Of a stretch of 64,000 bases of DNA, positions 56,051 through 64,000 are shown piece after piece. Source of the stretch: the human T2T-CHM13v2.0 reference genome, Homo sapiens. The DNA is taken from assembly GCF_009914755.1 (NCBI RefSeq), contig NC_060943.1; one strand, written 5' to 3'. Both the position numbers and the translations under genes were made by a program. Positions within the stretch are counted from its first letter, which is position 1. Each line of letters opens with the position of its first letter. The notes below the pieces were generated by a model, which searched no databases, had not been told where the DNA came from, and was given only the letters and a program-made list of their open reading frames with translations.

Positions 56051-57866
56051 GCTTGGCATCTCCCCAGCTCTAGACTCCTCCCCCACCTCATGTGTCTCCG
56101 GTGCACATGGGGCAGGCAAAGGGGGAGTGTGGGGCGCCAGGCATGGAATGCTTGGTTTTGTGTGGACGCTGCCAGCTGTGTAACGGCGATGGTTCTAGCA
56201 TCTCTGTTTTCTGCTTTTTTATCCCCCCTGGCAGAGAAGAAACTTTGAAGCTCATCACTTTGTGGGCCTAGGCTGGAGGCATCGGGGCACCTCAGTAGGC
56301 CCAGGGGCTACTGGGCATTCCTCCACTGCACCATCCCTGGCAGGGCAGGCGGGAATGGGGTTCTCCTAATGTCAGGATTCCCCGCAGGACGAGGGCGCAT
56401 CTGGCCTCCCTTGGTCTCGGGGGTGAACTTCACAGAAATGGAAAGTTTATCGTGAATGAGGAAAGGGCAGTAAAACCCAACCCCATTTACTGGGTGGGGA
56501 GAAAGCTGCCACCCAGGGTGTCCAAATCAGCTGGGAAAGGTCACGCCCTTTGGGTGGTCACTGGGCCTTGGGAACGGGGCCAGAACCCAGCCAGGTGGAG
56601 CAGCAGAAGCCTGGCACATCACACATACGGTCCAGCCCTCCTCGGTCCCTGACCCTCCCTGTTCTGGGAGTGAAGGACTGAGACAGGGCACTCAGGTGTT
56701 AAGGTTGGGGGGTGGTGGGGTGGAGGGGGCAGGTACAAACCCCTGAGGACGGCCTGGAGGGAAGGCAGCTGGGTAGACAGCAGCCTCCATGCCCAGGGAC
56801 TCGGGAAAGATCAAAGTGTGAGCCGGAATGCGATGCCAGAGGAAGACGAGGGATGGAAGAGGCAGAGAACCTTGGGCGCTGGGGAGGCCAAATGAGGTGG
56901 CCGAGACGGTAGCTCCCTCATCCATCCGGCATCTCCAGGCAGAGGAGAGCAAAGGCCTGGCCACCCGCGGCTGCCCGAAAGCCACCAGGATGGGATCCTT
57001 TGTTTTCATTTCCAAACCCAAAGGCCCCTCGGCTGGGCCGGCGTCTGATCCCGACTCAAAGCCACAGGGAGCCTCAGCTGGGACGCAACCTGAGGGCTTG
57101 GAAAATGGAGGACCCAGAGCCAGTTTTAGCAGTTGATGAATAATAAATGTAATTAACATGATGGAAAACAGAAGCTGGAGGCCCGGCTGAGGCCCCAGAG
57201 AGTGACTCATCAGCTGCCTCCCTGTCACTTCCGGCTGCCCGGGCCCCTCGGCAGGGACAGGTGCCAGGAGGTGAGGGGCGCCGAGCCCAGACGAAGGACA
57301 ACTGGGGCAGGTCTGGCTGGGGACAACAGCCCCTCCAGAACCAACCCCCCTCGTTCGGTCCCAGCAGGGCCTGCCCTGGTGCTGGGGTCCCTGGGCCCTG
57401 CAGCACGCCTCTCTGGCCTCAGGTGCTGCGCTTGTAAAGTGGGAGTGACAGCCACGCTTTGGCTGTTGTCCTCTGGGCACTGTGTGAGAATCTGCTGATG
57501 CTCGTATGGCCGTTAGTTCTCAATCACGACAGGACTGGGTGTCAGAACCTCCCAGGGCCATGGGCAGAGGCCGTGCAGCCCAACCCACGCTCCCATGGCG
57601 TCCCTGGATTGGTCACTGGGATGCTCAGGTGAGTCTGAGGCCAGGGGGTGCCCTCCAGGCTCTCAGCAGGTCCTCGGCCTTCCCAGGGCTGTAAACACTG
57701 GTGGAAGGTGGGGGCATGGGAGAGGCATACTGGCCTCCAAGAAGCGGTGAGCAGGGAAGGGTGTGGGCAGCTGCTGGAGGAGAATATGGGTCTGAGGTTA
57801 GCGCAGCCCAGGGCTCCCTCTGACATCTCTGCCCCCATCTTGGTTTCAGGGCACTGCTTTTGGCCT

Positions 57867-58110
57867 AGAAGAGCAGAGGAGAAAGAAGCGGAGGAGTGGG
57901 AGGAGGAGAGCGGGGAGAAAAGAAGGGAGAAGGGAGGAGAAGGAAGATGGAGGAAGAGGAAGGAGAGGGAGAAAGAGGAGGAAGAGGAGAAGGAAGAGGA
58001 AAGAGAAGAGGGAGAGGGAGAGGGAGAGGAGGGAGAGAAGGAGAGGCGAGCAGGAAGAAGAGGAGGAGTGAGAAGAGAAAGAAGCATGGGAGGAAGAGAA
58101 GGAATGAGGG
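57867..58110 (+). repeat. ~245 bp GA-rich polypurine tract
   Basis: Directly visible; very few pyrimidines. Confidence 0.93.
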
Positions 58111-60525
58111 TACTCACCAGGCAGCCTTCCCAGCAGGCCCCATGCCCTGCCTAAGAGGCAGGCGGGAGCCGTCCTCAGCATCTCCCAATGGCCGAGTACA
58201 GGGGTGCTTCTGCCTCATCATGATGGGCCTGGTCTGAGGGCTCCAGTCCTGCCTGGGCTGCAAGGCTGCATGGCTGCATGGGCTATGAGCCAAGTTCCTG
58301 CCTGGCAGGCCGCACTCGAGAGACCCACCCCACTCCCCTGCAGGGGCAGAGGGGCTGGGATAAGAAGATGTTTAGGTCCTGCCAGGAAGGTCCTCTCACC
58401 ACAAATTCCACCTTTATGGGAAAATCAATGTTATTACCTCCTCCATCTTCCCACACTTGCTGCTGGTCTAAAGCAATCACCTCATGGGCACTGAGCCAGA
58501 ACTGAGCCAGCGCTCTGGGGTCACTGGCCTGCCCACCCCTGCCTTCCGGGAGGGCCAGGAAGGGAATTGGTTGGAGAGAGTCAGCATGCCTAGCTCTCTG
58601 GGTGCGAAGAGAGGCCCCTGGGGCCGGTTCATTGGGTCCGAGCACCAGCCATGTGATGCCTCGCTCACAGCACTAGCAAGGCAGGCCCCTAGTCCACAGG
58701 GAGGAGGGAGATCTTGCTTAACTACAAGAGCGTTAAAGTCCGATGAGGCAGAAGCCACAGGGTTTGATGGAAGACTTCCTGGAGGAGGAGGAAAGAAAAA
58801 GTGGGAAATCCAGAGAAGCTGGCACGGAAGAGGAGCAGCAACCAGGCAGAGCAGCCAGTGCTCCAGGGGCCACGGGAGAAGCAAAACAAGTGGGGGTCTC
58901 TGAGAACACGGCCCAGGAGCCTAAAGAAGAGACACACCACCCCCAACCACCGGGCTCCGGCCCTCGGAAAAGCTGTGTTGCCTGGCTCTGCACACTACTC
59001 TGAATGTTAGTGTCTCAAAACAGTCAACTTTTTCCTTTCAAGAGTCTTCTAAACGATAGTTTAACTACCTCCATCAATTGGCTGGCAATTCCACGAACAA
59101 ATGGTTCTCTGCTTGTCTCGAAGTTCAACTACTTTTATTTGTCCCCAAGTATTTGGCAGGAACCAGTTGCATCAATAAAGAAATGCCAATTTTCAACAGC
59201 CACACGAGATGCAGGGGTTCAGATGGATTTTGTGTCGGCAGACAGGGCGCCTGGAGGAGCTGTTATTAACAGCCAGAGGAGACACGGGGGCAGGCCTGGG
59301 AGACAGCACTCCAGAATCAGACTAGATTAAGAAGATACTGTAGGCACCAAGCCTCTAAGCATCATAAATAATGCTAAAATTTTAGACTGTGGTTGAACTC
59401 TCTGCTGTCACAATCGTTTAGATCATGATGCGTTTGATGTTTTATAGCAAGATGACAAATATCTTTCTCAACTGCTAAGTGCAGAGAGCCCGTTGGAATA
59501 AATCCAACCAAACTGCCCACCACAGGTAAGTAGGTGGTGTCATTAGGAGGAGACTTGGGGGGGCGGTGGTGTCAGAAATGCCTCAGGCAGTGATTTCCAA
59601 AGGCACGCCCCGACCGTGCAGTTCAGGCCATTTTTCTCAACCCTCGCCAGTTTCTGGCACATAATCTCATTGTTGGAAGAGGCAGGGTCCAAACTCTGAA
59701 TAACACATGGAGTCTGACACCCTGGCTCTCCCCTCAGCAACAATGAAGTCACAGCAGAGCCAGAGAAAGGGACAGAAAAAACAATGCAGGAAGGACAATG
59801 TGGTGAAATGTCTAACCGTGAAACAGGAGCCGGTGCATGAGAGCCACGGGCAATTCTCCTGGGCTCCTGGAAGTAGCCCTCCAATCACACCAGCTGGCTC
59901 CCTGCCCAGACACAGGCTGCAGGGATGTCCAGGAACCCAGCTGGGATCTCAGAGGGCAGACCCAGGGTGCTGGGTTTCTAGCACGGACCCTCAGCTGGGC
60001 ACAGAGAGAAGAGAGCCACCTGCTTGCTGGGCCCAGAACGACTCCCCACAGTTCTCCCAGGGTACAGGCTGTGCCCACTCTGCAGGGAAAACAATGCCCA
60101 TCTTACAATCCTGCCCTGCAGGGGGCCCCAGACCAACACAGCTGGCTATCTCTTCTCTGAGCCAGACCAGGGTGACTCTTGTGGTTGCCAGAAAATGCCA
60201 ACTGCGGGACATCAAGAGAAGAGGCAGGTCCAAGGGTCTCTCTCCCCTGCCCTTTGCCTTATGAGGTCTGATGCCAAGACCTACGTCAGGGCACTCTATG
60301 CCCCCAGTCTTGCCAACGGTGAGTGTTTCCACTACCCAGGACTGGAGTGGCCCTGAGGTGATGGGGGGCGGGCAGGGTTCTGCTGGAAGCCGGCAGCCCA
60401 ACCCTGGCAGGGGCAGCTGTCCAGGAGGAAAATATTCTCCCCAAGCTTTCTCCTCCTCGGAGCTGAACTGTGACACCTCAGTACCAACCAATGGCAACCC
60501 TGGGACAAAGGAGTGCTTCCTGCCC

Positions 60526-60790
60526 TTTTGAGACGGAGTCTCATTCTGTCGCCCAGGCTGGAGTGCAGTGGCACGATCTCAGCTCACTGCAACCTCTGCC
60601 TCCCGGGTTCATTCAAGAGATTCTCCTGCCTCAGCCTCCTGAGTAGCTGGGATTACAGGCACGCACCACCATGCCCAGTTAATTTTTGTATTTTTAGTAG
60701 AGATGGGGTTTTGCCATGTTGGCCAGGCTGGTCTCGAACTCCTAAGCTCAAGTGATCCACCTGCCTTGGCCTCCCAAAGTGCTGGGACAT
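60526..60790 (-). mobile_element. AluS
   Basis: ttttgagacggagtctcattctgtcgcccaggctgg...cctcccaaagtgctggga. Confidence 0.93.
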
Positions 60791-61685
60791 AAGAGACAGG
60801 TGGCGTGCCTTCTAGTCAAACAGGGGCCTATGCTCAAGGCCAGGCCAGTGGCACAGTTCTCCTCCCTGGCAGTGCAGAAGTGGCTGCCCAAGGACAGGAC
60901 ATGGAGTCGAGGTTGGAGGGGCTGCTTGAGACGTCATGGACTGTTTACCCCACGTGCTTCCCCTGAGGAGGGAAAAGTGCGACGTGGACAGGGCTCCCAT
61001 AACCTGGGCACATCTCACATGCATCACAGCCCTGAGGGTGCCCCACTAGCACCTTAGTCCTGTGCCTCCTGGCCTTCCTGCCCCCTGCCTCCCTCTGGGC
61101 TGGGCACCTGAGCCGAGGGGTCCTGGCTGTTGGTGGCCCTGACTTCTGGCAGGACCCTGAGGAGCAGCACCAGAGCCTGCAGATCCTGTCCCAGAGGGGC
61201 CAGACCTCAGGCATAGGCGGGTCCGAGTAAAGATTCCTCCCCTTTGTGCACATGGGCCTGGGAGTGCGTGGGCCTAGGCCAGGGCGGGCTGGCCTCTGGT
61301 GTGGGCTGGCTGTGAGGTTCATTGAGCCTCCCCAGCTGCTCTCACTAGCAGGGCTGCCCGGCAATGCCTCTGGGGCCCAGGTCATTTGCTTTAGCTCCTT
61401 GGGAGCTCTCAGCAAAGGAGACACCCCAGGTGGGAAGGATCCGGCTGAGGGATGCCCACCACAGGGGTTTCCTCTAGTGTCTGTGGGTCACACAGCCCAG
61501 CACCGTCCTGAAGAGGCTGTCCCCAGCTCGTGTGGGGTGGCTGGCACCCCCGACTGTCAGCCTGTCCTGTGATTAAATGAGATCACAACCTACAGGGTGC
61601 TGCCACCCTTAAGGCTGATAAATGCCATTTATAAACTCCCTGGAGCAAATGCCAAACTTTCCAAGGTGGGGTTCCAAGAAAGGTT

Positions 61686-61803
61686 CTTGTTTTTGTAGAG
61701 ATGGGGTCTTCCTGTGTTGCCCAGGCTGGGCTCGAACCCCCGGCCTCAAGTGATCTCCCTGCCGTGGACTACCAAAGTACTGGGATTACAGGTGTGAGCC
61801 AAG
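61686..61803 (-). mobile_element. Alu left monomer
   Basis: ttttgtagagatggggtct...gggattacaggtgtgagcca. Confidence 0.85.
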
Positions 61804-61899
61804 TGTCTGCCAGAGAGGTTCTTAAATGATTTGACACTGGCTTTTCCTCAAGCGTTTCTAAACCTTCTAAATGACAACCACTGGGACCTGCGCAAGACG

Positions 61900-62660
61900 A
61901 GTGATCCTGGCTGGAAATGAACCTCTGAACCTCTCCCCAGATGCTCTTCTGTTCATCCCTCTGCTGCCTCAACTTCCCCAGGCACAAGGGGTCTGGACTC
62001 TTCTCCCTGTCTTCCCCACCTCACTCAATAGCAGCTCCATCCTTCTGGCTGCTCAAATTCAGACCCCTGGAGTCATCCTGGACTCTTCCCACAACACCCA
62101 GCCCTGATGGGCTGCTGAGTCCTGCTGGCTCTGCCTTCACAACCTACCCAGGGCCTGCCTGCTCCTTCCCCATCCACTCCAACCCCAGGGCTACAGGAGC
62201 CTCCTCCTGGGCTCGCTGCTCCTGACCTGGCCCCTCCATCTCTGCTTTGGACAGTAGCCAAACAGCTGGACCGTGGCCCTCCTCTGCTCGGCCCCTCACC
62301 TCTCTGGCCCCACCTCCCACCTTCAGTCCTCTCCTCTGCCCGAGTCTCCTGGCTGTTTCTGTTCCCTGACACCCCAGAGCTCAGTCCCTCGCCCACTTTG
62401 GGTCTCACTTGACTGTCCGCTCTGTGCAAGGCTTTCAACATCATCCTACTCAACACTGTCAATCACTCCCAGGACTCCCTCTACTGCCGTCCCCGCTTTT
62501 ATTTTTCCACAGTCCTGGTCACTATTGAATGCACTATGTATTTTACTTCTTTATTTGACTGATTTCCCCTCTAGAGCTTCACAGATGGGATTCCTTCTGT
62601 TGTGTCTCCCCAGCTCCTAGAAGAGTGCCTGGCACCTGTTGTTACTCAGCACGTGTGTAA
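61900..62660. mobile_element. L2 fragment
   Basis: cctggagtcatcctggactctt...ccccagctcctagaagagtgcctggcac resembles L2. Confidence 0.6.
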
Positions 62661-63789
62661 TCCGGTGAGGGGCACTGGCAGGCTGGAAATGACGAACACT
62701 CACCAGCCAGGTGACAGGGCAGGTCCATGGGCAGCCTGACTTCCCAGGATGGGTGGTGCATGATGGGCACCCATCAGCCTGCTTGGCCGGGAGCAGGGAG
62801 AGGATCGGGAGACCCAAGCTGTACTCCAGGCAAACCCTCTGAATGGTCAAATTGGAGTTGTCTGAAATGGACAACCCTACAGGTAATGTTTAGATGGTTC
62901 TGGCCCCACCTATGGCATCTGGAAACGATGTCTGATCCTGAAGGGATGATGAGCCTGGTTCTACTATCTCCACCAAGCCCAGGGAGCTCAGCCCTGGCTC
63001 TCCAAGGCCTCCTGAGATGGCACCTTCAGAAACACGCCCTGGCATTTAACATCTTTCGGGTGAGGCTGGCCTTTGGCCCTGGGACCACCTGGGAACGGTT
63101 GCCACATGCACCTCATTACAACACCAACACGTGCCCCTTATCAGCCAGCCCAGTAGTGCAGACCTGATTCCTCGATAACCACTGGGCTATCAGGCTCACT
63201 GGGGCTGGTGACCACATCCCCAGGAAATACGGCCGCCTGCAAGAGTGCACAGTCCCGGGGAGGCCGCCACCTTGCTCAGACCTGCACGTCTTTGCGCCCA
63301 GCCAGGCTGAATCGCTGGAGGGCTGAGTGAGGAGCCCACCCAGTCCTCCTTCCCCACCACCAGGGTAGGAGGCAGCCCTGTTCCTTCCCTTCACTCAGGA
63401 GCATTTATGAGCGCCTGCTGTATGCCTGACTCTGCCACAGAGAAAACAGTGTTGGGGCTGCAGCAATGGCCCCTGGCTTCCTGGCTGAGGCCGACCTTGA
63501 CCCAGAGGTGGCTGGGGGATCTGAGCCCCTTCCCAGGCAGTCTCTTTCCACTTCATCAGGCAGAAACTTCTTCCTCACTAGAGCTGGCCTGACTCTGGTA
63601 ACATGTCATTTGTCATCATAATTCATAATGCAATAGGTATTTGTCCTTTTTATGGGTATTTTAAAACTAGAACTTCTCTGCAAGACAACTGTGCCTTTCC
63701 AGTGCCCTGCACTGAGACAGTAACTACCGGGTTGGAAGAAGCAGGTCTCCTTCTGTGGGGCAGAGATCACCATGGAAAAGTGGAGCACA

Positions 63790-63910
63790 GGCCCTGGGGC
63801 CAAAGATCAGGGTTCAAAGTTGGCCTCCCCCACTAGCTTGTGGTGTGATCTTGGACAGGTTACTGAGCCTCTTTGTTCCTCACCTGTAAAAGGGGCTTAA
63901 TAATAGTCCC
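63790..63910. mobile_element. MIR
   Basis: gggttcaaa...tgtgatcttggacaggttactgagcctctttgttcctcacctgtaaaaggggcttaataata. Confidence 0.7.
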
Positions 63911-63912
63911 TG

Positions 63913-64000
63913 GGCCTGGCACAGTGGCTCATGCCTGTAATCCCAGCACTTTAGGAGGCCGAGGTGGGTGGATTACCTGAGGTCAGGAGTTCGAGACCAG
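63913..64000 (+). mobile_element. AluS 5' part, cut by the window edge
   Basis: ggcacagtggctcatgcctgtaatcccagcac...gaggtcaggagttcgagaccag. Confidence 0.92.

Noticed and set aside
57542-58237. Poly-E/R/S ORFs
   Set aside because: Translation of the GA-rich tract

Overview
Primate genomic DNA that I recognise as human 19q13.11, not a microbial accessory region. Two genes converge tail to tail. On the + strand is the last exon of CEBPG (C/EBP-gamma bZIP; CDS 1025-1477, ~3 kb AU-rich 3'UTR, AATAAA at 4446). On the - strand are six 3' exons of PEPD (prolidase, exons 10-15 by recalled numbering): 35347-35415, 33444-33521, 23493-23641, 13074-13258, 9671-9862 and 9125-9262. All have GT-AG junctions, the reading frame is continuous and the metal ligands are intact. 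Everything above 35415 is one long PEPD intron. The rest is Alu/MIR/L2/L1/MaLR/MER5 repeats, a G-rich minisatellite, a long (ATCC/ATCT)n tract and two polypurine tracts. Nearly all ORF-track entries are chance GC-rich or repeat-derived ORFs. I see no new multi-gene system. The best leads are cis-regulatory: a start-stop uORF (ATG-TGA) overlapping an in-frame GTG in the CEBPG 5'UTR; C/EBP and C/EBP-ATF sites in or near AT-rich, homeodomain-motif-rich intronic islands; and a cryptic splice architecture around the 57.9-58.1 kb pyrimidine tract. Repeat subfamilies and old-repeat boundaries were called by eye and are approximate.
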